64,000 bases of DNA, taken from NCBI GenBank assembly GCA_963703985.1, contig CAVPGH010000001.1, positions 3,051,338-3,115,337 on the forward strand, given 5' to 3'. This DNA is from an uncultured Acidobacteriota bacterium. Its GTDB lineage: Bacteria; Acidobacteriota; Vicinamibacteria; Fen-336. A program made the translations under genes and the position numbers. A model generated the notes under the pieces. It did no database searches. It was not told the origin of the DNA and saw only the letters and a list, made by a program, of their open reading frames with translations. Positions 1-9,077 of the stretch are shown here, one piece after another (within the stretch, counting starts at the first letter, position 1; every line of letters starts with the position of its first letter).

Positions 1-556
1 GGTCCAGGCTGATCGTGGTGTCCTGGAGCTGGGGATCGAAGACGAAGTTCACGCCCACCGCCTTGCCCAGCGCCTGGTAGGCCTCGCGCAGGTTCGCCCC
101 CCGGAAGACGAGCCCGAGGGGCTCGCGGGCCGCCGGCCCGAGGGAGAGGCCGGGGAGCGATTTCTCTCTCGCCCGTTCCTTGAGGTCGGTGAAGGCGAGG
201 GCCTTGGCTCCTGCCTCGCGCTGCGCCTCGAGCTCGTGGATCTCGGCGGGGAGCGTGGTCGAGGCCGGGTTGAGGTCGAGGGCCAGGCGGTACTCGTCCA
301 TGGCCTCCTTGTAAAGACCCCGCCCCGCCAGACGACGCGCCGTGATCGTGTGCTCGGAGGCGGCCCGGATGCGGGCGGCCTCCAGGGAGCGCCGGTACTG
401 GACGTTGTCGGGGTGCTCCGTGACCGCCTTCGAGTACTCGAGCACGGCCCGGTCGTAGTCGTGCAGCCGGTCCGCCTTCTCTCCCGCGCGGAAGGCGGCG
501 GAGGTCGCGCAGCCGGCGAGCGCGGCCACGGCGACGAGCAGGAGCGCGCGCCTCAT
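1..556 (-). CDS. Secretin-family protein, N-terminal part (TPR-like lipoprotein N-terminus; gene runs off the left edge)
   Basis: I translated the reverse strand from the ATG at 556-554. It reads MRRALLLVAVAALAGCATSAAFRAGEKADRLHDYDRAVLEYSKAV (lipobox LAGC, TPR-like helices). It continues to LVFRGANLREAYQALGKAVGVNFVFDPQLQDTTISLD, which resembles the N0/secretin-N module of GspD/PilQ-type secretins. It is absent from the ORF track because it is open at the window edge. The start overlaps the upstream stop (ATGA). Confidence 0.6.
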   Translation of the reverse strand, partial: MRRALLLVAVAALAGCATSAAFRAGEKADRLHDYDRAVLEYSKAVTEHPDNVQYRRSLEAARIRAASEHTITARRLAGRGLYKEAMDEYRLALDLNPASTTLPAEIHELEAQREAGAKALAFTDLKERAREKSLPGLSLGPAAREPLGLVFRGANLREAYQALGKAVGVNFVFDPQLQDTTISLD

Positions 557-1191
557 CCTCGGATCACCTCCACGCCCGGGGGGACCTCGAAGTGGAACAG
601 GCGGTCGGGGAGCCCCGTGTTCTCGCGCACGTCGTCGAACCGGAAGCGGCTGCGGTTGCCCTGGGCGTCGTCCACCTGGATGGCCCGCACGAGCCCCGAC
701 GGCTCGACGTCGACGAGCACCACCTCGATCTCGGGGTCCGTCTTGCGGGGCGAGAGGCGCAGCCGGAAGATGCCCTCCGCGGGAGCCGTGTCCAGGCGCG
801 CCTCGAACTGCTCCAGGATCCCGCCGTTGCCGGAGAGGAGCAGCGTCGCCACCCCGCGCTCCTCGTCCTGGTCGCGCACGATCACCTGGCGATCGGCGGG
901 CACGTAGAAATAGTAGCTCCGCCCGTCGGACACGAAGGTCTTCTTCTCGGGGTCCTTGTACTCCCAGAGCATGCGCCCCGGGCGCTTGAGGCGCACCACC
1001 CCGCGCTCCACCACCTCCCGTCCCAGGATCCCGGAGCGATAGCTCTGCACGAAGCGTGCGCTGAGGTCCTGGGCGCGGGCCCGGCGCTCTTCGAGGCGCC
1101 GCACGAGGCTCTCCGCCAGCCGCGCGTCCGTCTCGGGCGAGGCGAGGAGCGCGGCCAGGAGGATCGCGGTCATGGCGTTGGCACAAAACAT
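553..1191 (-). CDS. lolA: LolA-like outer-membrane lipoprotein carrier protein
   Basis: This is the C-terminal two-thirds of ORF 553..1485. The segment RFVQSYRSGILGREVVERGVVRLKRPGRMLWEYKDPEKKTFVSDGRSYYFYVPADRQVIV...FRLRLSPRK...VDDAQGNRSRFRFDDVRENTGLPDRLFHFEVPPGVEVI is typical of the LolA fold family. The start is taken at MFCANAMTAILLAALLA (1191); the ATG at 1173 is an alternative. The N-terminal 98 aa of the ORF is Arg/Pro/Ser-rich junk. Confidence 0.7.
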   Translation of the reverse strand: MFCANAMTAILLAALLASPETDARLAESLVRRLEERRARAQDLSARFVQSYRSGILGREVVERGVVRLKRPGRMLWEYKDPEKKTFVSDGRSYYFYVPADRQVIVRDQDEERGVATLLLSGNGGILEQFEARLDTAPAEGIFRLRLSPRKTDPEIEVVLVDVEPSGLVRAIQVDDAQGNRSRFRFDDVRENTGLPDRLFHFEVPPGVEVIRG

Positions 1192-1210
1192 GATAGCGTA
1201 ACCGGCGGGC

Positions 1211-2014
1211 ATGTCGCTCATCGGCAACCTCAGCGACGTCGCCTTTGGCGACGTCCTCCGGCTGTTCGCGGGCTCGGGGAAGACGGGCCTCCTCACCGCT
1301 TCCGCCGCCGGGCGACAGACCCTGATCCGGCTCCAGCATGGCGAGGTGGTGCACGCCACCGCCGGCCGGCTGCAGGGAGACGATGCCATCCTCGACCTCT
1401 TCGGCTGGAAGGACGGGCAGCTCGCGTTCGTGCCGGAGGAGAAAGTCATCGAGCCCAACGTCACCCTGGGCGTGGACGTCCTCATCCTCGAAGGACTCCG
1501 GACCGGAGAGGCCTTTCACCGCATGAACGAGCTCATCCCGCACGACCGGGTGATATTCCAGGCGGCACGGGGGCCGGAAGGGGAGAAGCGCTTCCTGCTC
1601 GGGGCCGCGGAGTGGAGCGTGCTCCGCGCGGTGGACGGGGTGCGCGACGTCCGCGACGTGCTGGAAGTCTCGGGGCGGCCCCGCCCCGACGTCCAACGCA
1701 TCCTCTTCGAGCTGACCGAGGCCGGCTTCCTGGAGCCCGTGGATTCGCAGAAGACGCTCCGCGCGCAGGTGCAGGGACGCTTCGGCAAGGATGCGGCGGA
1801 GGTGGACGACCGCCTCGAGCAGGAATGGCGGCTCATGAGCCGCTTTGCCGAGGGGATCCTGCGCGTCGAGGTGCGCAACTTCGCGCGCAAGGGGCGCCGG
1901 CTGCCCGTGTCCTTCCGCGCGGGCCTCGGCCGCGATGTGAGCCTGCCCCGCGCCGCCTTCACCGAGCTGGGGCTGCGCGAGGGCGAAGAGGTGTGGGTGC
2001 GGCCGGTGGCCTAG
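1211..2014 (+). CDS. DUF4388 (PatA-N-like) domain protein
   Basis: ORF 1211..2014. The N-terminus GNLSDVAFGDVLRLFAGSGKTGLLTASAAGRQTLIRLQHGEVVHA...DAILDLFGWKDGQLAFVPE matches the DUF4388 signature. It is divergent from the lolA-like gene. Confidence 0.65.
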   Translation: MSLIGNLSDVAFGDVLRLFAGSGKTGLLTASAAGRQTLIRLQHGEVVHATAGRLQGDDAILDLFGWKDGQLAFVPEEKVIEPNVTLGVDVLILEGLRTGEAFHRMNELIPHDRVIFQAARGPEGEKRFLLGAAEWSVLRAVDGVRDVRDVLEVSGRPRPDVQRILFELTEAGFLEPVDSQKTLRAQVQGRFGKDAAEVDDRLEQEWRLMSRFAEGILRVEVRNFARKGRRLPVSFRAGLGRDVSLPRAAFTELGLREGEEVWVRPVA

Positions 2015-2025
2015 AGCCTAGAGGC

Positions 2026-3582
2026 GTGGCGGAGGAAGCCTCGAGTGAACGACATCTGCGCGCGAAGCTGACCCGAGCCGGCCCCCTGCTCGTGGTCTGG
2101 CTGCTCGTCGCCGCGTGGGTCAACGTTCCCTACCTGCGCGCAGCGGCCTCGCCGCCTCCCGGCCGCGTCTTCGCGGGCACGTTTCACTGGCTGGACGACT
2201 TCTACAACTACGTGTCCTACGTGCAGCAGGCCGAGGACGGCGCCTTCCTGTTCCAGAACAAGCTCGAGCCCGCGCCCCATTCCGCTCTTCTCGTGAATCT
2301 GGAGTGGTGGGCGACCGGGCGGCTTTCCGCAGCATTGGGTCACCGTCCCTTCCTCGCCTATCGCCTCTTCGGAGTGCTGGCCTCCCTGGCCCTGCTGGCG
2401 GCGGCGGAGGCCTGGCTGTCGCGAGCGGGCCTGCCCGCCTCCCATCGGCTCGGAGCGCTGCTCCTCGTGGCCACCGGAGGCGGTCTGGGCGGGCTCATCT
2501 TCGAGCTCACCCACCGACCGGTGGGAGACAGCCTCGACCTCTCGACCGGCTGCTTCCCCTTCATGGGGTTTCTCGCCAACCCGCACTTCACCGCGGGCAC
2601 CGCGCTCCTCATGTGGGGTCTCCTCGCCTTCGAGCGCGGCTCCTCCTGGCTCGGCGCGGCTCTGGGCACCGTGCTCGCGCTCGTTCGCCCCTACGACGTG
2701 GTGACGCTCGGTGCGGTGCGCACGCTCTCCGTGGCCGCCGTCGAGCCGCCCCGGCGGTGGCTCCGGCTCCTGCTGCCGCTCCTGGGACTCCTCCCCGCCC
2801 TCGCCTACGACGTCTGGGTCTTCTTCTTCGCCGGCCCGACGTTCGCGGGCATCCGCGCGCGCTACGCCTTCCCGCCGGCGACGCTGTTCGTCTGGGCGCT
2901 GGCCCCGGCGGCGGCGCTCGCCGTTTTCGCACCCAGTCCGTCGCGAGCCGATCCTCAGGGCCGCGCCCGCATCCACCTGTGGATCTGGGTGGGGCTGGGT
3001 CTGGCCATCATCCTGCTGCGGCAGGAGGGGTTCTCGGGCCAGCTCCTCGTGGGCCTGGGAGCGCCGCTCCTGATCCTGGCCGCGCTGGCGCTGGCGCGAT
3101 GGCCACCCGCGATCACGGCCGTGGTGGCGGTGGCCTTCGCCTCGACAGCGGTCGTCGCCACGCGCATCGTGCTCCAGCCGGATCCCCACTGGTTCCCTCC
3201 GCGCGACCTGATGGAGGCGGCGGAAGCGCTCCGCCCGCTCTGCCGCCCGGGCGACGTCCTCTACGCCCCTCCGGACATCAGCCTCTATGCGATCGGGCGG
3301 AGCGCGTGCCGCGCCGCCGTGGCCCACGAGGCCGCGCACGGCTTCGCCGAGCGGAGCGCCGAGATGCGCAGCTTCTACCGCGAGGCCACTCCGGAAACGA
3401 GACGGCAGGTCCTCGACCGCCTCGGCATTACCCACCTCGCATTGCCCGGCGATGCGGGCCCCGAGCCCGTCGCCTGGCTGGGTGAGGGCAGCGGGTTCCG
3501 GAAGGCGGCGAGCGTCGCCGGGCCCGCTTCAGCGATCACCTGGTACGCCCGTGACCGCGCGAAAGGGCAGCACGCGCCTTGA
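2026..3582 (+). CDS. Polytopic membrane protein of unknown function (possibly a GT-C-type glycosyltransferase)
   Basis: Only the last ~518 codons of ORF 592..3582 look protein-like. They contain about 12 hydrophobic segments, for example LLVVWLLVAAWVNVPYL...FHWLDDFYNYVSYVQQAEDGAFLFQNKL. A GTG at 2026 is in frame, but the start is uncertain. The functional guess is weak. Confidence 0.55.
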   Translation: MAEEASSERHLRAKLTRAGPLLVVWLLVAAWVNVPYLRAAASPPPGRVFAGTFHWLDDFYNYVSYVQQAEDGAFLFQNKLEPAPHSALLVNLEWWATGRLSAALGHRPFLAYRLFGVLASLALLAAAEAWLSRAGLPASHRLGALLLVATGGGLGGLIFELTHRPVGDSLDLSTGCFPFMGFLANPHFTAGTALLMWGLLAFERGSSWLGAALGTVLALVRPYDVVTLGAVRTLSVAAVEPPRRWLRLLLPLLGLLPALAYDVWVFFFAGPTFAGIRARYAFPPATLFVWALAPAAALAVFAPSPSRADPQGRARIHLWIWVGLGLAIILLRQEGFSGQLLVGLGAPLLILAALALARWPPAITAVVAVAFASTAVVATRIVLQPDPHWFPPRDLMEAAEALRPLCRPGDVLYAPPDISLYAIGRSACRAAVAHEAAHGFAERSAEMRSFYREATPETRRQVLDRLGITHLALPGDAGPEPVAWLGEGSGFRKAASVAGPASAITWYARDRAKGQHAP

Positions 3583-3632
3583 GATCCGGCTTGCCGCGGC
3601 GTTAAGCGACTGTTAACATCCGGGATTACTCC

Positions 3633-4826
3633 ATGCGGCTTCTGCCCGCGCTTGTCGCGCTCTCCATCCTTCCCGGGCCCCTCTTCTCCGCGGAGAGGGC
3701 GGCCCGGGAGCTGCGCGGCCTCTGGGTGGTGCGCACCGCGCTCGTCTCTCCCGCTGAGGTGGACCGCGTGGTGGACGAGGCGGCGGAGGCGGGCTTCAAC
3801 GCGCTCTTCGTGCAGGTGCGTGGGCGGGGCGACGCCTTCTACGACTCGCGGCTTGTCCCCCGCAGCGTCCTGCTCTCCGGGCAGCCCGCGAGCTTCGATC
3901 CCTTCGCGCGCCTCGTCGATCGGGCCCGCGCCCGCGGGCTCGACGTGCACGCCTGGGTCAACGTCCTCCTGACCGCCCACTTCGGACAGCCGCTGCCCGA
4001 GGGGCACGTGCTTCTGCAGCACCCCGATTGGGTGATGGTGCCGCGGTCGGCGGCCGGGGCCGCGCTCAACGCGTCCCCCGTCGCCCTCGCCCGGCTCGCG
4101 GGCCTCGCGAAGGGCGACCCCGACGTGGAGGGCTACTACCTCTCGCCGTCCGCGCTCGGGGTGTCGGAGCACCTGGAGGCGGTGGTCCGCGAGATCGTGC
4201 GCTCGTATCCGCTGGACGGCCTGCATCTCGACTTCATCCGCTACCCGGGTCCCGATTACGACTACTCGCCCTCCGCCCTCGAGGCCTTCCGTCGTCTGGC
4301 CGGCGGGGGCGACCTCCTGGGCGGCCCCGGGCGCAACCCCGCGGCCTGGGACGACTACCGCCGGAGCACGGTGACCGTGCTCGCCTCGCGGCTGGCGCGA
4401 GCGGCGCGCAGCGAGCGGCCCGGCCTGGTGGTGTCGGCCGCGGTCACGCCGGACGAGGCGCAGGCGGTCGCTCACCGCTACCAGGCCTGGCCGCAGTGGC
4501 TGTCGGAGGGCCTGCTGGATGCCGTCATCCCGATGGCCTACACCCCCGACAGCCGGATCTTCCGGGCCCAGGTGGAGCAGGCGCGCGCCCTCGTCCGCGA
4601 GGGTCAGCGGCTCTGGGCCGGTATCGGGGCTTATCGGCTCGACCTCCCCGGCATCGTGGAGAAGATCCAGGTGGCGCGCGAATCGGGGGCGATGGGCGTC
4701 GTGCTCTTCTCCCACGAATCGCTGGCGAGCGCCGACATGAAGAGGCTGCGCGACGCGGCCTTCCCGCCGCCCCCCGCGATCGCTGCGGGGCCACGCACGG
4801 CGGGGGGGAGCGCGGGCTCGCGTTGA
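3633..4826 (+). CDS. Glycosyl hydrolase-like family 10 (GHL10/DUF187, YngK-like) secreted protein
   Basis: ORF 3633..4826 has a signal peptide (MRLLPALVALSILPGPLFSA). The segments RGLWVVR...AGFNALFVQVRGRGDAFYDS...DVHAWVNV...LDGLHLDFIRYP are characteristic of GHL10. Confidence 0.7.
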   Translation: MRLLPALVALSILPGPLFSAERAARELRGLWVVRTALVSPAEVDRVVDEAAEAGFNALFVQVRGRGDAFYDSRLVPRSVLLSGQPASFDPFARLVDRARARGLDVHAWVNVLLTAHFGQPLPEGHVLLQHPDWVMVPRSAAGAALNASPVALARLAGLAKGDPDVEGYYLSPSALGVSEHLEAVVREIVRSYPLDGLHLDFIRYPGPDYDYSPSALEAFRRLAGGGDLLGGPGRNPAAWDDYRRSTVTVLASRLARAARSERPGLVVSAAVTPDEAQAVAHRYQAWPQWLSEGLLDAVIPMAYTPDSRIFRAQVEQARALVREGQRLWAGIGAYRLDLPGIVEKIQVARESGAMGVVLFSHESLASADMKRLRDAAFPPPPAIAAGPRTAGGSAGSR

Positions 4827-7705
4827 AGCCCGCGGGGAGGGCCGTCCTCGTCCTCCTCGCCGCCGTCGCCTGCCGCCATCCCGGCAAGCAGCAGCCGCCC
4901 GCCGCCGCCAGTCCCCCCCCTTCGTATCCCTGGGCGAGGGCGACCCTCGCCCGGCTGAGCCTCCTCGAGAAGGTCGGGCAGATGATCGGGGTGCGGGTCA
5001 CCGGGCTCCCGCGCAACCCCGCCTCCGCGTCCGCCCAGCGGCTGCTGCAGCAGGTCCGCACGCTGAAGGTGGGCACGCTGGTGGTGTTCGACTCCGAGGT
5101 GGGCTCGCTCCCGCGCCTCCTCAACGAGCTGCAGGGCGCTTCGGCCCTTCCGCTCCTCGTGGCCGCGGACATGGAGCGCGGGCTCGCCTTCCGCATCCGG
5201 CGCGGCGTCGTGCCCCTTCCCTTCGCCATGGCCATCGGGGCCACGCGCTCGGCGGACGCCGCGCACTTTGCGGGAGAGGTCGCGGCCCGCGAGGGCCGGG
5301 CCCTGGGCATCCAATGGGCCTTCGCCCCCGTGGCCGACGTCAACAACAACCCCTCGAACCCGGTGATCAACATCCGCTCCTTCGGCGAGGACCCGGAGCT
5401 GGTGGCGCAGATGGTGGGCGCGTTCGTGCGGGGGGCGAAGTCGGGCGGGCTCCTCACCACCGCCAAGCACTTCCCGGGTCACGGCGACACTGCGGTCGAC
5501 TCGCATCTCCAGATCGCCACCGTCGACGCGGACCGCGCGCGCCTCACCGCGGTCGAGCTGCGTCCCTTCCGGGGGGCGGTGGAGGCGGGGGTGGACTGGG
5601 TGATGATGGGCCACATCGCGGTCCACGCCCTCGATCCCTCCGACACGCCGGCCACGCTCTCGCTGCCCATCGCGGACGTGCTCCGGAGCGAGCTGGGCTT
5701 CACCGGCCTCCTCGTCACCGACGCCATGGACATGGCGGGCGTGCGTCCGGCCTGGACCGGGGAAGCCGCGGTGCGGGCGGTACAGGCGGGGGCGGACCTC
5801 GTGCTCCTGCCTCCGGAGCCGGAGGTGGCCGTGCAGTCGCTGGTGCGGGCGGTGAAGGAAGGCCAGCTCACCGAAGGTCGGATCGACGAGTCCGTGCAAA
5901 GGATCCTGGAGACGAAGGAGCGGCTGGGCCTCGATCGGAACCGGCGGGTGGACACGGAGGCGACGCTCAAGAGCCTGCAGCGGCCCGAGGACATGGCCCG
6001 GTCCCTCGACATCGCGCGGGCCTCGATCACGGTGGTGCGCAACGAGGGGGGCGTGCTCCCGCTCCACGCGGAGAGCGACCTGCGCCTGCTCCATCTCGTC
6101 CTCTCCAGCGACGTGCGGAACCCGCTGCTCCTCGGCATCCCGGAGGACGAGCTCGAGGCGCGGCGCATTCCCGTGGAGACCGTGAGCCTGGGGCCGGAGG
6201 TCTCGGCGGAGACGACCTCGACGCTCGTCGCGCGGGCCCCGCAATTCACGCACGTGCTCGCCTCCTGCTTCGTGCGGGTGGCGGGGGCGCGGGGCAGCGT
6301 GGACATGTCGGAAAGCCACGCCCGCCTGCTCGAGGAGCTGGTGCGGGCGGGCCGGCCCGTGATCGTGGTGTCGTTCGGCAGCCCCTACCTGCTGCGCCAG
6401 TTCCCCGACGTGCCCGTGTACGTGGTCGCCTATGGCGGGGCGGAGTCGAGCCAGCATGCGGCCGTGGGCGCGCTCTTCGGGGAGTATGCTGTCGGCGGAA
6501 AGCTCCCGGTGACGCTGCCGGGTCTCTATCCCTACGGGCACGGCCTGGAGGTCCCGAAGCACGACATGACGCTGCGCTCGGCGCGCCCCGAGGAGGTGGG
6601 CTTCCGGCCCGACGGGCTCAAGGAGGTGGACGCGGTCCTGGAGGACGCCGTCCGCGACCGGGCCTTTCCGGGTGCCGTCGTCGCGGTGGGCAAGGACGGT
6701 GCGCTCGTCCACCTGCGCCCCTTCGGCCGCTTGTCCTACGAGCCGGGAGCGGCCGAAGTGCACGATGACACGCTCTACGACCTGGCGAGCCTGACCAAGG
6801 TGGTGGTCACCACCACCATGGCCATGATCCTGGTGGACGAGGGGAAGCTCGACCTCGACAAGCGCGTGTCGGCCTTCCTGCCCGCCTTCCGCGGAGGGGG
6901 CAAGGACAAGGTCACGGTCGCCCAGCTCCTCACGCATTCCTCCGGCATCGACTGGTGGGCGCCGCTCTACAAGGAGCTGAAGACGAAGCCCGAGTACCTC
7001 CAGCGCATCCAGGCCATGGACCTGGCCTACGAGCCGGGGACGCAGTCGGTCTACAGCGATCTGGGGGTGCTGCTGCTCGGGGAGATCCTCGAACGGGTGG
7101 CCGGGGAGTCGCTGGAGACTTTTGCGAGGAAAAGGATATTTGAACCGCTGGGCATGAAAGACACCACATATCACCCCCCGGCCGCGCTCGTCGGTCGCAT
7201 CGCCCCGACCGAGTACGATCCGTGGCGCGGCCGGGTGGTGATTGGTGAAGTCCACGACGAGAACGCCTTTGCTCTGGGGGGAATAGCGCCCCACGCCGGG
7301 CTCTTCGGCACCGCCCCCGACCTCTCCCGCTTCGCCCAGATGCTGCTGAACGGGGGAGTCTACGACAACCACCGCATCGTCTCCCGCGCCACGGTGGAGC
7401 GCTTCACGCGGCGCGCGGGCATCCCCGGCTCCACGCGCGCGCTCGGCTGGGACACCGCCGCCGACGAGACGGGGGCGCGCAGCTCGACTCCGGGCGCGGC
7501 GGGGTACTCCTCGGCGGGGAGCCGGCTCTCCCCGGACTCTTTCGGCCACACCGGGTTCACGGGCACCTCGCTCTGGATGGATCCGCATCGCCGGCTGTTC
7601 GTGGTCCTGCTCACCAACCGTGTCCATCCGACCCGCGAGAACAGCGCGATCCGGCAGGTGCGGGCTTCGCTGGCGGACGCGATCGTGGGCGCGCTCGTCC
7701 CTTGA
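4823..7705 (+). CDS. Fusion protein: GH3 beta-N-acetylhexosaminidase (NagZ-like) plus C-terminal beta-lactamase-fold serine hydrolase (AmiE/YbbE-like)
   Basis: This is the real part of ORF 4028..7705. A TTG at 4823 overlaps the upstream stop. It gives the lipoprotein-like leader KPAGRAVLVLLAAVAC. GH3 motifs: GQMIGVRV, NNPSNPVINIRSFGEDP, KHFPGHGDTAVDSH. The C-terminal half has the SxxK motif (LASLTKVV), YSDLG and HTGFTGTSLW. Confidence 0.8.
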   Translation: MKPAGRAVLVLLAAVACRHPGKQQPPAAASPPPSYPWARATLARLSLLEKVGQMIGVRVTGLPRNPASASAQRLLQQVRTLKVGTLVVFDSEVGSLPRLLNELQGASALPLLVAADMERGLAFRIRRGVVPLPFAMAIGATRSADAAHFAGEVAAREGRALGIQWAFAPVADVNNNPSNPVINIRSFGEDPELVAQMVGAFVRGAKSGGLLTTAKHFPGHGDTAVDSHLQIATVDADRARLTAVELRPFRGAVEAGVDWVMMGHIAVHALDPSDTPATLSLPIADVLRSELGFTGLLVTDAMDMAGVRPAWTGEAAVRAVQAGADLVLLPPEPEVAVQSLVRAVKEGQLTEGRIDESVQRILETKERLGLDRNRRVDTEATLKSLQRPEDMARSLDIARASITVVRNEGGVLPLHAESDLRLLHLVLSSDVRNPLLLGIPEDELEARRIPVETVSLGPEVSAETTSTLVARAPQFTHVLASCFVRVAGARGSVDMSESHARLLEELVRAGRPVIVVSFGSPYLLRQFPDVPVYVVAYGGAESSQHAAVGALFGEYAVGGKLPVTLPGLYPYGHGLEVPKHDMTLRSARPEEVGFRPDGLKEVDAVLEDAVRDRAFPGAVVAVGKDGALVHLRPFGRLSYEPGAAEVHDDTLYDLASLTKVVVTTTMAMILVDEGKLDLDKRVSAFLPAFRGGGKDKVTVAQLLTHSSGIDWWAPLYKELKTKPEYLQRIQAMDLAYEPGTQSVYSDLGVLLLGEILERVAGESLETFARKRIFEPLGMKDTTYHPPAALVGRIAPTEYDPWRGRVVIGEVHDENAFALGGIAPHAGLFGTAPDLSRFAQMLLNGGVYDNHRIVSRATVERFTRRAGIPGSTRALGWDTAADETGARSSTPGAAGYSSAGSRLSPDSFGHTGFTGTSLWMDPHRRLFVVLLTNRVHPTRENSAIRQVRASLADAIVGALVP

Positions 7706-8898
7706 TCCTCGGCCTGCTCCTGGCACTCCTGGGGACGGCCCCCGTCGTTCGCGTGGGGCTCGAGCGGGTGGAGGCGGACGGGGGACGGCCCCTTCTCGAC
7801 AAGCGCGTGGGGCTCGTGGCCCACGCCGCCTCCGTGACCGCGGACGGCCGGCATGCCGTGGAGGTGCTTCGAGGGCGCGGCGTGAACGTGCGCCGGCTCT
7901 TCGGGCCCGAGCACGGGCTCCGGGGAACCGCGGCCGCGGGCGAGAAGGTCGAGAGCGGCACGGACGCGGCCACCGGTCTGCCCGTGGTCAGCCTCTACGG
8001 CGACCACACCCGGCCGAGGCCGGAGGACCTCGCCGGGCTCGACGTGCTCGTGGTCGACCTGCAGGACGCGGGCGTCCGCTTCTACACGTACGCGAGCACG
8101 ATGCTCCTGTGCCTGGACGCGGCGGCGGAGGCCGGGATCGAGCTGGTGGTGCTGGATCGGCCAAATCCCCTCGGCGGAGCGCGCACCGCCGGGCCCCTGC
8201 GCGACCCCGCCGAGGACCTCCCCGTCCGGCTCGTCAACATGGCTCCCGGCCCCCTCGTCCATGGCCTCACCCTCGGCGAGATGGCTCGTTACGCCAACTC
8301 GCGACGGGAGAGTCCCGCCCGTCTGACCGTGGTCGAGATGAGCGGCTGGAAGCGGTGGATGACGTGGGCCGACACTGGACGCCGGTGGGTCCCGCCCTCC
8401 CCCAACCTTCGTACCGCGGAAGCGGCGCTCGTCTACCCGGGGACCGGCCTGGTCGAAGCCACGAACGTCTCCGAGGGCCGGGGCGCGGAGTCGCCCTTCG
8501 TTCTCGTCGGTGCCCCGTGGCTTCGGACGGACACGCTCCTGGCCGCCCTGAAGGCTCCGGGACTCCGCCTGGAGCCGGTGACGTTCGTCCCCACCCCGTC
8601 GCCCGCCGCTCGGGAACCCAAGCACTCCGGCGAGCGCTGTCAGGGCTTCCGCATCCACGTCACCGATACGCGGAGGGTCCGCCCCTACGCCTTCGGCATC
8701 TCACTGCTCATCGCCCTGCGCTCCACCCAGCCTGAGGTCCGCTGGACGCGGGATGGGGAGTGGCTCGACACCCTCCTGGGCACGCGCCGGGTCCGCCGCG
8801 CAATCGAGCGGGGCGACTCCTTGAAAGTGATCCTGGCTGCAGATCTTCCGGGGCTCGATGCGTTCGCCCGCGAACGGATGGCGACTCGGCTGTACTGA
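7702..8898 (+). CDS. DUF1343 family protein (NamZ/YbbC-like exo-beta-N-acetylmuramidase family)
   Basis: ORF 7702..8898. The start overlaps the upstream stop. The segment VGLVAHAASVTADGRHAVEVL...LFGPEHGLRG...VVDLQDAGVRFYTYASTM...LDRPNPLGG is the DUF1343 signature. Confidence 0.75.
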   Translation: MILGLLLALLGTAPVVRVGLERVEADGGRPLLDKRVGLVAHAASVTADGRHAVEVLRGRGVNVRRLFGPEHGLRGTAAAGEKVESGTDAATGLPVVSLYGDHTRPRPEDLAGLDVLVVDLQDAGVRFYTYASTMLLCLDAAAEAGIELVVLDRPNPLGGARTAGPLRDPAEDLPVRLVNMAPGPLVHGLTLGEMARYANSRRESPARLTVVEMSGWKRWMTWADTGRRWVPPSPNLRTAEAALVYPGTGLVEATNVSEGRGAESPFVLVGAPWLRTDTLLAALKAPGLRLEPVTFVPTPSPAAREPKHSGERCQGFRIHVTDTRRVRPYAFGISLLIALRSTQPEVRWTRDGEWLDTLLGTRRVRRAIERGDSLKVILAADLPGLDAFARERMATRLY

Positions 8899-9077
8899 GC
8901 GCCCCCGCCCGGCGGCGTCGCATGACGTTACCAATCCCGTAAGCGGCCGCGACGCTCTTCGTAATGACGTAATGACCAACTCCGCCGACAAGGCGCAATC
9001 CCGGCCCTCGACCGCCGGCACCCCGATTGCAGAAGATCCGGGGGAGCCACCGGAGACCTTAGACAGGAGGAGTATCG

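Noticed and set aside
592-2025. The N-terminal ~480 codons of the 996-aa ORF 592..3582.
   Set aside because: It is Arg/Gly/Pro/Ala-rich read-through. It lies antisense to the lolA-like gene and overlaps the DUF4388 gene in another frame. Only the part from about 2026 has membrane-protein character.
4631-7726. A 1031-aa ORF on the minus strand, plus several 300-480-aa ORFs in the same region.
   Set aside because: These are shadow ORFs opposite the well-supported GH3/beta-lactamase-fold gene. Their composition is dominated by Arg, Gly, Pro and His, as expected for off-frame translation of GC-rich coding DNA.
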